The notes: generated by a model from the letters alone, not told the origin. Shown: positions 1-10,928, counted from the stretch's first letter. The stretch is 50,883 nt of DNA from a bacterium (GCA_044869275.1 JBIOXB010000172.1:1-50883); one strand, 5' to 3'. Numbers and translations: made by a program.

Positions 1-211
1 CTTCAATTTCAGTCACAACTTTTTGCTTAAAAGCAAGGCTGTAGCGTTTGTGAAGCCCAGGGTCTGACATAAAATGGTCTCCTGAAATAGGTGCAAAACC
101 TGTCAACCTATATCAGGACGAGACAACCTTACACGTTACACGTGTAAAGTGTAACGTGTAATGTTTTTTGTGAATCGGAACGAACATCAAGAAATTTTAT
201 CCCCGTACCCT

Positions 212-1378
212 ATGGCGATTCTGTTCTGGCTTTGCGCCGGTTTGATTTTGTGGGTCTATGCCGGCTATCCTCTGGTGCTGTGCTTGCTGCAGCTCTTGCG
301 CCCGGCGCGCCTGGCGTCTGGCAAAGCTCCGGAGCCGGAGGTGACGCTCGTCATCAGTGCCTACAACGAAGCCAGCGTGATTCGCCAAAAAATCGAAAAC
401 AGCCTGGCGCTCGACTATCCGCGTGACAAGCTGGACATCGTCGTGATTTCCGATTGCTCGAGCGATGATACCGATGGCCTCGTGCGTGCATACGAGCCGC
501 AAGGCGTGCGTTTGTGGCGCATGCGCGAACGCGGCGGCAAGACCGCGGGCTTGAATGCCGTGGTCCCCCAGGCCCGCGGCGAGATTGTCGTGTTTTCCGA
601 TGCCAACGCCATGTACGATCGCCAGGTCGTGCGCCGTTTGGTGCGCAATTTTGCCGATCCGCAAACCGGCTGTGTCACCGGCGAATCCCGCTACAATCTC
701 GAGGGAGCGACGGATTCGACGCAGAGCGAAAATTTGTATTGGCGCTATGAGCTCGCCATCAAAAAAATGGAAACCCATGTTGGCTCGCTGGTCGGCGGCG
801 ACGGTGCAATTTACGCCATTCGCAAGAACCTGTATCGCCCGATGCGGGTTTCCGATCTCAGTGATTTTGTCAATCCCATGCAAATCACTCTGCAGGGTTA
901 TCGCAACGTTTATGAGCCGGAAGCCGTTTGTTATGAAAACGGCGCGGACACTTTTTCTCAGGAATTCCGCCGCAAGGTTCGCATCGTCAGCCGCGCATGG
1001 CGCGGATTCTGGCGCGTGGCCGGTGTATTGAATCCGTTACGCTTCGGTTTTTTCACGGTACAGGTCATTTCACACAAGTTGCTGCGCTGGCTCGTGCCCG
1101 TGTTCATGATCGGAGCGTTCGTGGCGAATCTCTTGCTGCTGCAGGGGTCGGTATTTTACAGCACCATGGCTGCCGCCCAAATCTTGTTCTACGTTCTCGC
1201 ACTGGGCGGCTGGGCCCAGGCACAGCGCCCCTCGGTTCCAAAAGTCCTTTACGTGCCGTATTATTTTTGCCTGATCAACTACGCCTCCCTGCTGGGCATT
1301 TTGAGCTACTATCGCGGGCAGACGTTTACCACTTGGCAAACGGTGCGCGAACCGTCGCTGGTGATGAGTAAGCAGTGA
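212..1378 (+). CDS. Glycosyltransferase family 2 (cellulose synthase/IcaA-like), membrane-bound
   Basis: GT-A motifs ISAYNE, DCSSD, GKTAGLN, FSDAN, GAIYAIR, with N- and C-terminal TM helices. ORF track starts at 161; ATG at 212 (MAILFW) preferred. Confidence 0.9.
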   Translation: MAILFWLCAGLILWVYAGYPLVLCLLQLLRPARLASGKAPEPEVTLVISAYNEASVIRQKIENSLALDYPRDKLDIVVISDCSSDDTDGLVRAYEPQGVRLWRMRERGGKTAGLNAVVPQARGEIVVFSDANAMYDRQVVRRLVRNFADPQTGCVTGESRYNLEGATDSTQSENLYWRYELAIKKMETHVGSLVGGDGAIYAIRKNLYRPMRVSDLSDFVNPMQITLQGYRNVYEPEAVCYENGADTFSQEFRRKVRIVSRAWRGFWRVAGVLNPLRFGFFTVQVISHKLLRWLVPVFMIGAFVANLLLLQGSVFYSTMAAAQILFYVLALGGWAQAQRPSVPKVLYVPYYFCLINYASLLGILSYYRGQTFTTWQTVREPSLVMSKQ

Positions 1379-1433
1379 GCAGTCAACCGCAACGGACTGC
1401 CGATGGCCGACCACTGGTCACGGTCAAACCCCG

Positions 1434-2498
1434 GTGGTCCTGTCAAAAATAAAGAGGTCTCGTCTCAAAGTGGCATTCACAAAACTGATCAAAAAGATTC
1501 TGTTCTACTGCGGTTTTTATCACCTGCTGCGCCTTCTGTTTCCGCATCACAAAGTGGCGATATTGCGCTACCATGCCGTGGTCGATCCGCAAGACAATTT
1601 TTATACCACCCCGAGCATCAGCGTTTCGGTGCAGGATTTCGAGCGGCACGTGCGGTATTTTGCCAAACGCTATCGCATTCTGTCTTTGGATCAACTCCTC
1701 GAGGCCTTGCTGGCGAAAAGGCCTTTGCCCAGAAACGCCGTGGTGTTCACGTTCGACGACGGCTACGCCGACAATATGATCGCCGCACAAATTCTCAAAA
1801 AGTACGGCGGCTCGGGCGCGTTCTATCTCACGACGAATTGCATCGATCGCCAGGAGCCGCTGTGGCTTGCCGAGCTGCATTATTTGATTCGCGCCGCACG
1901 CGCGCCGAAATTTTCTTTGCGCTACAACGGCACGCTACTCGAGTTGCCCTTGACCGGCGAGGCAGCGCGGCAATCCGCGGCGCGCGAGATCACACGCATC
2001 ATCAAAAGCAATAACCGCACCGTGCGCGAACAGGTGCGGCAGCAATTGCGCGAGCAACTGGGCGGAGCCGAATCCCAAGAGGTATTGCATGGCATCATGC
2101 TGCGCTGGGACCAGGTCGAACAAATGCTGCACGACGGCATGGTCATCGGCGGCCACACGCTCAGCCATCTGAATTTGCCCAATGCCGAGCCGGCCGAGGC
2201 CTTGCTGGAAATTTCCCGCTGCCGCGAGGTGTTGGAACAAAGGGTGAAGAGGCCCATCCGCCATTTTTCCGTGCCCAATAGCGGTCCTTATGCCTACTAC
2301 AACGAGGCGGTCAAACAAATGGTGGGCGAGAGCGGGTTTGTGTCTGCGGTGGTGTCGGCGCATGGATTCGCCGATCACAACAGCGACCTGCTGGAGCTGC
2401 ACCGCATCCGTACGGTTCCGGAGCTTTATGAGGTCATCGCTACCATTGAATTGGGCAGGTGGGAGAGCACGAAGAGCAGCGGAGACAAGCCAAAATGA
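1434..2498 (+). CDS. Polysaccharide deacetylase (CE4/NodB family)
   Basis: ILRYH, TFDDGY and GGHTLSHLNL motifs. Confidence 0.9.
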   Translation: MVLSKIKRSRLKVAFTKLIKKILFYCGFYHLLRLLFPHHKVAILRYHAVVDPQDNFYTTPSISVSVQDFERHVRYFAKRYRILSLDQLLEALLAKRPLPRNAVVFTFDDGYADNMIAAQILKKYGGSGAFYLTTNCIDRQEPLWLAELHYLIRAARAPKFSLRYNGTLLELPLTGEAARQSAAREITRIIKSNNRTVREQVRQQLREQLGGAESQEVLHGIMLRWDQVEQMLHDGMVIGGHTLSHLNLPNAEPAEALLEISRCREVLEQRVKRPIRHFSVPNSGPYAYYNEAVKQMVGESGFVSAVVSAHGFADHNSDLLELHRIRTVPELYEVIATIELGRWESTKSSGDKPK

Positions 2499-2684
2499 AG
2501 AAATTGTAACAGGGCGCATTTTTGTTTTCCGCCATTCGCATTTTTGTCGGTAAATTCTTATGATGATAACACGCCATAAAAACGGCCTTCATGCCGGCGC
2601 ACTAAATTAGGCGGCGGATTTACGAACTGTTTTTGTGACGGCAATTGATGCATGGTAAGGATGCCAGCGAGCAGAGAGGACGCA

Positions 2685-4001
2685 ATGAAGATCAGCATTT
2701 TTGGACTGGGGTATGTCGGTACGGTCACCAGCGCTTGCTTCGCGCGCAACCGGCACGAAGTCATCGGCGTGGACGTCAACCCAACGAAAATCGCGCTCGT
2801 CAATGACGGCAAAAGCCCGATCGTTGAAGAAGAAATCGGAGAGCTGGTTCTGCAGCAAGTGCAGGCCGGGAAACTGCGTGCCACGGATAATGTCGAAGAA
2901 GCCATCAACGATTCCGAAATCAGTTTGATTTGCGTCGGCACGCCGAGCAACGGGAACGGCTCGTTGAGCATGCATAGTTTGTTGGGCGTGACCAAAAGCA
3001 TCGCCCAGGCCCTGCGCCACAAGAAAAGCAGACATGTGGTCGTGGTGCGCAGCACGGTCGTCCCCGGCACGGTCAGCCGCCAGCTCATTCCGCTGATGGA
3101 ACGCGAATCCGGCATGAAAATGGGGCAGGGTTTCAGCATCTGCTTCAATCCGGAATTTTTGCGCGAGGGCAGTTCGGTGAAAGACTTCGATGCGCCGCCG
3201 TTTACATTGGTCGGCGTGTGCGAGGAGACGGCAGCCGAAAAAGTGCAGGAACTGTACGCCGGCATTCCCGCGCCGTTCTTTGTGTCGAGCCTGGAAGTGG
3301 CGGAAACCGTGAAATATTCCAGCAACATTTTTCACGCGCTTAAAATTGCGTTTGCGAACGAAATCGGCAGCTATTGCAAGACGCTCGGCATCGACAGCCA
3401 TGAAGTGATGGACTTGTTCTTCCAGGATGCCAAGCTCAATCTTTCACGCGCCTATTTGCGGCCGGGCTTTGCCTTCGGCGGCTCGTGCCTGCCGAAAGAT
3501 TTGCGCGCGCTGCTGTATCACGCCAAAATCAACGATTTGCAACTGCCTTTGCTGGAAGCCATCATGCCCAGCAATTATCTGCACGTCGATCGCACGGTGG
3601 AGATGATTCGCAAGCTGGGTAAAAGAAAAGTCGGCATGCTGGGTTTGAGCTTCAAAGACGGCACCGACGATTTGCGCGAAAGCCCGCTGGTCTTGCTGGC
3701 CGAAAAACTGCTCGGCAAGGGCTATGAAATTTGCATCTACGATCGCGACGTCTCCATGGCACGCCTGATGGGCGCGAACAAGGAATTCATCGAAAAAGAA
3801 ATTCCGCATCTTTCCCGCTTGCTCGCGCGCTCGCTCGACGAAGTGCTGGGCTTTGCCGAAATCGTGGTCATCGGCAACGGCAACAAGGAGTTTGCGACGG
3901 CATTTGACAAAAGAAAGCCGGAGCAAATCGTCATCGACCTGGTGCGCATGCTCAAAGACGGCGGCAAGTCACAGCCGAATTATCAAGGCATCTGTTGGTA
4001 A
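2685..4001 (+). CDS. GDP-mannose/UDP-glucose 6-dehydrogenase (AlgD-like)
   Basis: GLGYVG Rossmann motif, CVGTPS, NPEFLREG, catalytic FGGSCLPKD, DDLRESP, C-terminal GICW. GAGAGGA RBS precedes ATG 2685. Confidence 0.93.
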   Translation: MKISIFGLGYVGTVTSACFARNRHEVIGVDVNPTKIALVNDGKSPIVEEEIGELVLQQVQAGKLRATDNVEEAINDSEISLICVGTPSNGNGSLSMHSLLGVTKSIAQALRHKKSRHVVVVRSTVVPGTVSRQLIPLMERESGMKMGQGFSICFNPEFLREGSSVKDFDAPPFTLVGVCEETAAEKVQELYAGIPAPFFVSSLEVAETVKYSSNIFHALKIAFANEIGSYCKTLGIDSHEVMDLFFQDAKLNLSRAYLRPGFAFGGSCLPKDLRALLYHAKINDLQLPLLEAIMPSNYLHVDRTVEMIRKLGKRKVGMLGLSFKDGTDDLRESPLVLLAEKLLGKGYEICIYDRDVSMARLMGANKEFIEKEIPHLSRLLARSLDEVLGFAEIVVIGNGNKEFATAFDKRKPEQIVIDLVRMLKDGGKSQPNYQGICW

Positions 4002-4099
4002 AAAATCAAGAGAGCATTCCGGTTTGCGCCTGCGGTGCGCATGCCGGAGCTCGCCCGCTTCTGAAGGCAGCCTGAGCTGCCTTTTGTTTATTTCGAGGG

Positions 4100-5524
4100 T
4101 TGACCTTGGCTTCTCTTCGCAAGAAAGTTCTATTCATCGCCTATATTTTTCCGCCTTTGGCGCGCGCGGGCGTGCATCGCACGGTGCGCTTCACGCGCTA
4201 TTTGCCGGCCCGGGGCTGGGATCTTACTGTGCTGACCGTGGCCGAGCCGAGTTATCCGCCGCTCTCTCCCGTCGATCGCGAATTGCTCAAAAAAATTCCC
4301 GCCGGCGTTCGCATCGCTTCGGCGCCGGCCTTTCAAGGCACGGCAAATTTGTTTCGCGCCAAGGAGATTTTTCGCCGCCACACGCCAGCGGCGAGAATGG
4401 AAAGCCAGGCCGCGCCTGCGGCTGCAAAGAACGCCTCGAAATCATCCGAAACAGAGGGCGAGGAGTTGCCCGAGCAACGGAAAAAACACGGCTTGAAGCA
4501 GCGCACGAAAGACTTTTTATATGATTTGCTCACGACGCCCGATAAGGAAATCAATTGGCTGCCGTATGCTTTGCGCCTGGCGCTGAAATTGCACCGGCGG
4601 GAAAAGTTCGATTTGATTTATTCCACCGCGCCGCCGTTTACGGGGCATTTGATCGCCAAGTATTTGAAGCGCCTCACTGGCCTGCCCTGGGTGGCGGATT
4701 TCCGTGATCCCTGGGCGCGCGCGCCGTGGAAATCCGAAATTCTCGCCGGCTCGTGGCGGGGCAAAATGGCTGCCCGTCTCGAACGGCAATTCGTCGAGCA
4801 CGCCGATCGCGTGCTCTTGAACACCGATTGGAATGCGCGCGAGTTTGCGCAGTTTTACGGCGAGAAACTCGCACGGAAATTCAACGTGATTACCAACGGT
4901 TTCGATCCGCAAGATTTTGCCGGCCTCGACCTGCGCGCGGAACGACGTGGCAAGCTGATTCTCACGCATACCGGCGCGCTGTACCGCCGCCGCAATCCGC
5001 TGGAATTCTTCAAAGCGTGCGAGAATCTCCTGGCACAACGGAAAATTTCACCGCAGGAGCTGGAAATCCGCTTTGTCGGTGTGATCGCGCCGGAGCTTTA
5101 CAAAAGCTTTGAGGGCGGGGAGGAATTGCGCAGCGTAATTACGGTGATGCCGCAGGTGTCCCATCGCGAGGCGCTGGCGCATCAGATGGAAAGCGACGTT
5201 CTGCTGATTCTGCAGCCCGGCACCAGCGTCTCCGTGCCCGGAAAAATCTTCGAATACATCGGCATGCGCAAACGCATTCTGGCGCTCACCCCGGCCGGCG
5301 CCACCGCCGACATCGTGCGCGATAACAATCTCGGCCCGGTGCTCGAGCCGGAAGATATTCCCGGCATCGAAGCGGCGCTGCTGCAACTCGTTCATGAATT
5401 TCGCAACGGCGGAGTGCAAGCGCCCTCCGCCAACGGGGCTTTCAAAAAATATGACGGCGTCGAACTGGCGCGCCAACTTCACGAAGAATTTCTGCTGTGT
5501 CTCGAGCATGCCCGGCGCGATTGA
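4100..5524 (+). CDS. Glycosyltransferase family 4
   Basis: IAYIFPP, STAPPF, WVADFRDPW, ITNGFD, PGKIFEY: GT-B/GT4 pattern. Confidence 0.88.
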   Translation: MTLASLRKKVLFIAYIFPPLARAGVHRTVRFTRYLPARGWDLTVLTVAEPSYPPLSPVDRELLKKIPAGVRIASAPAFQGTANLFRAKEIFRRHTPAARMESQAAPAAAKNASKSSETEGEELPEQRKKHGLKQRTKDFLYDLLTTPDKEINWLPYALRLALKLHRREKFDLIYSTAPPFTGHLIAKYLKRLTGLPWVADFRDPWARAPWKSEILAGSWRGKMAARLERQFVEHADRVLLNTDWNAREFAQFYGEKLARKFNVITNGFDPQDFAGLDLRAERRGKLILTHTGALYRRRNPLEFFKACENLLAQRKISPQELEIRFVGVIAPELYKSFEGGEELRSVITVMPQVSHREALAHQMESDVLLILQPGTSVSVPGKIFEYIGMRKRILALTPAGATADIVRDNNLGPVLEPEDIPGIEAALLQLVHEFRNGGVQAPSANGAFKKYDGVELARQLHEEFLLCLEHARRD

Positions 5525-6584
5525 TGAAGTCATGCAGCGTTTGCAGGCGCAGGCCGCCGAGCTTTGGCCCGGAGTGCGGCTGAAAAAAATCGCCATCACC
5601 AACCAGATTCAGCGGCCATATTCCAATACCTTTCGTTTGGCGTTGTTGCCCGGCGACCTCGCGCCCGGAGCGCAGTGTCCCACCGCGGTTTACGCCAAAA
5701 TCATTCGGCCCACCGACAAGAATCGCGACAACACCCAAAAGTACGTAGAGCGCCTGCAGAAAGAATTCGAGGTCGCGCGCATGCTGCAAAAGCGGCTTCC
5801 CGCTGTTGCGGAATACGGCACCGTGCGGCCGGTGGCGCATTTTGGTGACTTGTTGTGTTTGGTCTCCGAAGAAGCGCCAGGCAGAATGTTGGCGGAGTTG
5901 ATTGCCGCAGACGCCAAGCGCTGGCATAAAAAAGCCAGAGGTGAAAAAACCGCACGTCATTGCCAGCGGGCCGGTAAATTGCTGGCGGCTCTGCAATCCG
6001 TCACCGCGGTGAATCAACCCCTCGAGGTTGGGGAGATACTGGAATATGTCGATATTCGGCTGCAGCGTTTAGTGGAAAGCGCGAAGACGCCCTTCTCGCC
6101 ATCGGACGCCAACAACGTGCGGAAGTATTTGGAAAAAACGCTGGCGAGTGTCCCGGGCGAACAATTGCGACAATGCGGCAGCCACAGCGACTATGCCCCT
6201 TTTAATTTGCTGGCCGATGAAGCACGCCTCACGGTTTTCGATTTTGCCATGTTCAAGACCGGATCGATCTACAACGACGTCGCTTACTTCTGCCATCGAT
6301 TAGAAGGCTATTTGCACAAGCCGACTTTTAGCCGGGGCAAAATTCACGGGTTGCAGCGCGCTTTTTTGGAGGGCTACAATCAAGCAAGCCCGTGCGCAGA
6401 AACTCGTATTGAGAATGATCAAATGTTTCGCGTGTTTTCCATCAAACACGTGATCAATAATTACAGCGCGATCATGCGCCAGCGCGTCGTGGGCGCGTCG
6501 GCGCGATTGAGCCTGCCGGTGCGCCTGTTCAACCGGCGCGTCTTCCAGCGTTACAATGACTGGCTGCTGCGTACGTGCTCTTGA
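5508..6584 (+). CDS. APH/choline-kinase-like phosphotransferase
   Basis: VYAK lysine, HSDYAPFN catalytic loop (HxDxxxxN) and VFDF metal-binding motif. Start chosen at ATG 5508, overlapping the upstream gene end. Confidence 0.7.
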   Translation: MPGAIDEVMQRLQAQAAELWPGVRLKKIAITNQIQRPYSNTFRLALLPGDLAPGAQCPTAVYAKIIRPTDKNRDNTQKYVERLQKEFEVARMLQKRLPAVAEYGTVRPVAHFGDLLCLVSEEAPGRMLAELIAADAKRWHKKARGEKTARHCQRAGKLLAALQSVTAVNQPLEVGEILEYVDIRLQRLVESAKTPFSPSDANNVRKYLEKTLASVPGEQLRQCGSHSDYAPFNLLADEARLTVFDFAMFKTGSIYNDVAYFCHRLEGYLHKPTFSRGKIHGLQRAFLEGYNQASPCAETRIENDQMFRVFSIKHVINNYSAIMRQRVVGASARLSLPVRLFNRRVFQRYNDWLLRTCS

Positions 6585-6606
6585 TATTGAGGCGATTTAT
6601 CACGTC

Positions 6607-8922
6607 ATGAATTTGAATAAACTACGCACCATGTCTTTTGGTGAAGTGCGCTACCGCCTGCAAATGTCGGGCGCTAAAAAAGTACGCACGTACTTGCGAG
6701 AAAAATACCGCGAGGCGATGGCGCCCGCGCGCTATTTGCGAAAATGGCGCCTGCCGGAAGAGGCTTCCCCGCTGTTCACGGAAGCGGTCTTACAGGCGCA
6801 ATGGCCGGCCGCAGAGGAGGCGCTGCAGCGATACATGCGAGCGCGATTCCTTGACGAAAGCGAGCGCGGCCAGGCAACGCATTTTTTCATTGATCCGCGG
6901 CAACGCTCACGGCTTTCGGATCTCGCGCGCCTGTTTTCGCATGCGGCGGCGGATTTGGCAGCGGCCGGCCACTTGCGCGCACGGCGCTTTTCTTATTTGG
7001 ACATTGAAGCCAGTTTTCCCAGCGGCCTCGACTGGCACATGGATCCGATTTCCCGCCGCCGCTGGCCGCAGAAATTCTATACCGAGATCAAATTCTATGG
7101 CCAGCGTGACGGCGAGCAGGAATTGCCGGGAGACGTGAAATATGTTTGGGAACTGAATCGCCACCATCATTTTGCGGTGTTGGGCAAGGCGTATTGGCTC
7201 ACCGGTGAGGAGGAATACGCCACCGAAGTGCTGGCGCAGTGTGAGAGCTGGATCGAGCAAAATCCGTATTTGTGGGGTATCCATTGGACCAGCGCTTTGG
7301 AAGTGGGCATGCGCGCCCTATCGTGGTTGTGGGCTTATGTTTTCTGCCTGCCGGCGAGCAGCTTGACGCCACAAACCCATGCTCGCCTGCTGCGTATGCT
7401 GCAATTGCACGGGCGGTATATCAGCCGCCATTTGTCTTTTTATACCAGCCCTTACAATCATCTGGTGGGCGAATCCGCCGCACTTTTTATTCTGGGCATC
7501 GTGTTTCCGGAATTTCCCGAAGCGAAGCGCTGGCGCGACCAGGGTTGGAAAATCTTGGGGGAGGAGGTGACCAGGCAGTTTCATACGGACGGCATGTCGG
7601 TCGAGCAAGCGCTCTCCTACCATCATTTCACGCTGGGCCTGTATTTGCAGGTGCTGATTTTGGCGCAGCGCAACGGGATAACCGTGCCGCCGCCGATGCG
7701 CGAACGTCTGGAAGCGGCACTGGAGTTTTGCATGCACAGCCAGCAACCGGACGGCAAGCATCCCATGATTGGGGACAATGACAACGCTTTTGCGTTTTAT
7801 TTCGGTGCAAAACCGGCCTGGGATTTTCGCGACTGCCTGGCGCTGGGCGCGATTCTTTTTCAACGCGGCGATTTCAAATTTCTCGCCGGATCGTATCACG
7901 AAGCTTGCCTCTGGCTGCTGGGCCCGGAAAGTCGGCAGCAATTCGAAAAACTGGCGGCGCGACCGCCCGCACACAGCAGCCTGCTGTTGCCGGAAAGCGG
8001 CTATGCCGTCTTACGAAACGGCTGGCAGCGCGACTCGCATTGTTTGATGTTCGATTGTGGCCCGCAAAGCCACGGCCTGTTCACGGACGAAAATGTTTCG
8101 ACGGCACACGGCCATGCCGATGCTTTGAGCTTCTGTTTAACTGCACACGGCCGGTCATTTTTGATCGATTCCGGGATGTTGACCTACAATGGCGAGCTGC
8201 GCTGGCAAAATCATTTTCGCAGCGGCGCGGCGCACAACAGCATTACGATCGATGAGCAAAGTGCATGCAAAATCGTGGGCCGGTTGGGATATTCGCACGT
8301 GCCGAAAGTGGAGCGCTCCGCCTTCCTCCAACAGCAAGATTTCGTTTTTGTGGAAGCACATGTCACTGGCTTCAGCTGCAACGCGCGCCATCGCCGCGGC
8401 ATTTTTTATTGCCGGCAGGAATACTGGTTGATCTGCGACCGTGTGGAGGGTGAAGGTGAACATGTTGTCGACCGCTGGCTGCATTTTGCGCCGGAGCTGG
8501 TGGTGCAAAATGTGAATGGTCAAATCATCGCGCAATATGCCGAGGGGCAAAAACTGCTGGTCTGCGACCTCAGCGTGCCGCCAGCGGCAGGCGAAATTTT
8601 TTGCGGCGGGCAAACGCCGGAGCAAGGCTGGGTCGCGCCGGCCTATGGTCGCAAAATCGCCGCACCAGTTTTGCGCTGGCGCATGCCCGCGCGCATGCCC
8701 GCGCAGTTTGTGACTTTATTGATGCCGTTTAGAGAGGAGCTCCCGACGATACATGGTGAATGTTCCGGGCGATACCAGGAAAACGACCACCAGCCGTTTG
8801 TGGTTCAGGTGAGGGGCGAAGCTTGGCAAGACCGCATCGTGTTCCAGCGGCATGATGGGGAGATCAGAATTACGGTGTCACAAAACTGGGCGGGCAAAGA
8901 CAAAATCCCACCATCTGATTGA
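6607..8922 (+). CDS. Heparinase II/III family polysaccharide lyase-like protein
   Basis: DVKYVWELNRHHH, YNHL, EQALSYHHF, PMIGDND, HGHADALSF and AAHNSITID motifs. Confidence 0.88.
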   Translation: MNLNKLRTMSFGEVRYRLQMSGAKKVRTYLREKYREAMAPARYLRKWRLPEEASPLFTEAVLQAQWPAAEEALQRYMRARFLDESERGQATHFFIDPRQRSRLSDLARLFSHAAADLAAAGHLRARRFSYLDIEASFPSGLDWHMDPISRRRWPQKFYTEIKFYGQRDGEQELPGDVKYVWELNRHHHFAVLGKAYWLTGEEEYATEVLAQCESWIEQNPYLWGIHWTSALEVGMRALSWLWAYVFCLPASSLTPQTHARLLRMLQLHGRYISRHLSFYTSPYNHLVGESAALFILGIVFPEFPEAKRWRDQGWKILGEEVTRQFHTDGMSVEQALSYHHFTLGLYLQVLILAQRNGITVPPPMRERLEAALEFCMHSQQPDGKHPMIGDNDNAFAFYFGAKPAWDFRDCLALGAILFQRGDFKFLAGSYHEACLWLLGPESRQQFEKLAARPPAHSSLLLPESGYAVLRNGWQRDSHCLMFDCGPQSHGLFTDENVSTAHGHADALSFCLTAHGRSFLIDSGMLTYNGELRWQNHFRSGAAHNSITIDEQSACKIVGRLGYSHVPKVERSAFLQQQDFVFVEAHVTGFSCNARHRRGIFYCRQEYWLICDRVEGEGEHVVDRWLHFAPELVVQNVNGQIIAQYAEGQKLLVCDLSVPPAAGEIFCGGQTPEQGWVAPAYGRKIAAPVLRWRMPARMPAQFVTLLMPFREELPTIHGECSGRYQENDHQPFVVQVRGEAWQDRIVFQRHDGEIRITVSQNWAGKDKIPPSD

Positions 8923-8960
8923 AGCCGGGGGAACGTCATTCCCGTGAAAGCGATTCCGCC

Positions 8961-9818
8961 TCAAACCCTCATCGGCGATTTCTTGCCCGCAAGGCTGTCT
9001 TGATAAATTTGCTCGAGCTGGCGATACAAGCCTTCACACAGCCTGATCATCTCCTCGGGCACGTCTGGAAATTTGTCTTTCCCGACGGAGGAACTGTACA
9101 CGCCGCGCACGAATTTTTCCTGGTAAGGGCACTGGATGAACCGAAACAAGCGCGGAAAGTGCTGGCCCGGTGCTTTTACCAGCTCTTCGTATTTCACCAA
9201 ACATACCTCCTCGCGGCGATGCAGGTCCAAATCCAGAAACAGATGATTGCGCAAAAACCACATCAGCGCATAGGCGGTATGTGAGGACATGTCCGCACTA
9301 TAGAAGCGGCGCACCAGTTCCACTCTTTCGGGCGTCAATCCACCAGCGCGCCAGCCGGCCGCGGGGAGATTGCCGGAAGCAATGTGCTTGAGATTGTTTA
9401 GGCCGTGCCGCCATTTGCGCACCGCGGAGTTGGCCGAGTCTTTGTAGTTGCGAAAAATCCAGATCGCTTTCGACTGCGGAAAATAATCGAGCAATTCGGC
9501 CGCGCGATGCGAGTCGCAAATCGGCTTGAAGGCAACGAGGGGGAACAAACTCTTGCGCAACAGCTCGCGCACTTCCGCATTGCTCTTCAACAGATTGCGG
9601 TTAAAGGCGCGGGAATTACCTTCCTTGTAGGTCATAATGTGCGGCGCAAGATCGAGCACGTCCATGGGCAGCCGCGTGCCCGAGCGCTGCGAGCCGAAAA
9701 CGAAAACGGCGCGTGCGGGCTGTGCCTCAGCGTGAGCGAGGCGCTTCAGCCATTGCCGAGAGCTTTTGACGATGCGCCGTGTTTTGCGCTGCAGGCGAAC
9801 TTTGAGCGGTTTGGGCAT
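8961..9818 (-). CDS. Sulfotransferase family protein
   Basis: 5'-PSB loop VFVFGSQRSGT, 3'-PB-like WIFRNYKDSANS, and VKYEELV. Confidence 0.8.
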   Translation of the reverse strand: MPKPLKVRLQRKTRRIVKSSRQWLKRLAHAEAQPARAVFVFGSQRSGTRLPMDVLDLAPHIMTYKEGNSRAFNRNLLKSNAEVRELLRKSLFPLVAFKPICDSHRAAELLDYFPQSKAIWIFRNYKDSANSAVRKWRHGLNNLKHIASGNLPAAGWRAGGLTPERVELVRRFYSADMSSHTAYALMWFLRNHLFLDLDLHRREEVCLVKYEELVKAPGQHFPRLFRFIQCPYQEKFVRGVYSSSVGKDKFPDVPEEMIRLCEGLYRQLEQIYQDSLAGKKSPMRV

Positions 9819-9848
9819 GGGAACCTACCTGTTTCAGAAACGCCACAT

Positions 9849-10928
9849 TCACGCGTGGACCAGCAATTCAACTTCCTCCGCCAGAGTGTTGCGCACGGCC
9901 GGGCGTGAGATTTTTGCTTTGACTTGTGCATAGTTTTGCAAAACATGCTCCAGCTTGGCTGCCAGATCGCCCTCCTCGCCCGTCTTGAAAAGAATGACTT
10001 CTTTGGGCCGCAGCTCGTTCTCACATCCCACCACCGGAACACCCAGCGACAGCGCCTCCAATACCGAGCTGCAGACGCCGTCGAATACATAGGTGCGCAC
10101 GAAAACTTTCGAGCGTTTGACCACGGTCAGGAAAGTGGCGTGCGGCAGATCGCCTGCCCAATGAATATTCTCACTCAGGCCCAGTTCTTCCACCATGCGA
10201 AAAACCGTTGCGGCATCCATGTCTTCCGCGCGCTTGGTCGAGCCGATAAAGATCATGCCCAGGCGCGGCCACTTTTGTTTGAGCGCTGCCAGTGCGCGCA
10301 GCGTCGTATCGAGGTGAAAAGTCGGACGCAGCAGGCTGTACGAAGAAAGCACAGGCTCGTGCTGCTGCATGAATGTCTCGAGCGCCGGCTCGATTGCGGT
10401 TTCATCAAATTCCAGGTACTGCGTGCTGAAGGCGGGAATGGGAAAGACTTTTTCCCCGCGCACGCCATATTCGCAAATGCGCCGCTTCACCGCCTCCTCG
10501 TTGCAGATGATCTTCCGGCTGAGCGCGAAAATGGCGAGAAGCACCAGTACGCCGAGCTTGCTGTTGGATCGCGGAAAGTAAATTTGATCGGTGCCGGCGT
10601 GAAAAGTCAAGATGCTGCGCCGTCCAAACAACAGGCTGAGGCTTTGGCTCAACAGGCAGAGCACGAAACCCTTGGGCGATTGTCCGTTGACGTGCATGTG
10701 AACCTGATAGCCTTTGGCGCAGTACTGCAAAACCTTGTGCACGTAATCGCGCGCGCTTTGCACGTCTTCGTATTCCGGACTTTTGATCTTGCGGCTCTTG
10801 CCGATGTTGATCACGGTGCAATTATGCCCGCGCCGCAACAGCTCGCTCTTCACCATGGCCACGCGCACGCCCCAGCCGGAATGCGGAGGTGGATATGAGC
10901 TGATTTCCAAAATTTTCACTTTTTGCAT
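9849..10928 (-). CDS. Glycosyltransferase family 4
   Basis: N-terminal ISSYPPPHSG, TFHAG, DGVCSSVLEALSLGVPVV. Start trimmed to MQKVK. Confidence 0.85.
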   Translation of the reverse strand: MQKVKILEISSYPPPHSGWGVRVAMVKSELLRRGHNCTVINIGKSRKIKSPEYEDVQSARDYVHKVLQYCAKGYQVHMHVNGQSPKGFVLCLLSQSLSLLFGRRSILTFHAGTDQIYFPRSNSKLGVLVLLAIFALSRKIICNEEAVKRRICEYGVRGEKVFPIPAFSTQYLEFDETAIEPALETFMQQHEPVLSSYSLLRPTFHLDTTLRALAALKQKWPRLGMIFIGSTKRAEDMDAATVFRMVEELGLSENIHWAGDLPHATFLTVVKRSKVFVRTYVFDGVCSSVLEALSLGVPVVGCENELRPKEVILFKTGEEGDLAAKLEHVLQNYAQVKAKISRPAVRNTLAEEVELLVHA

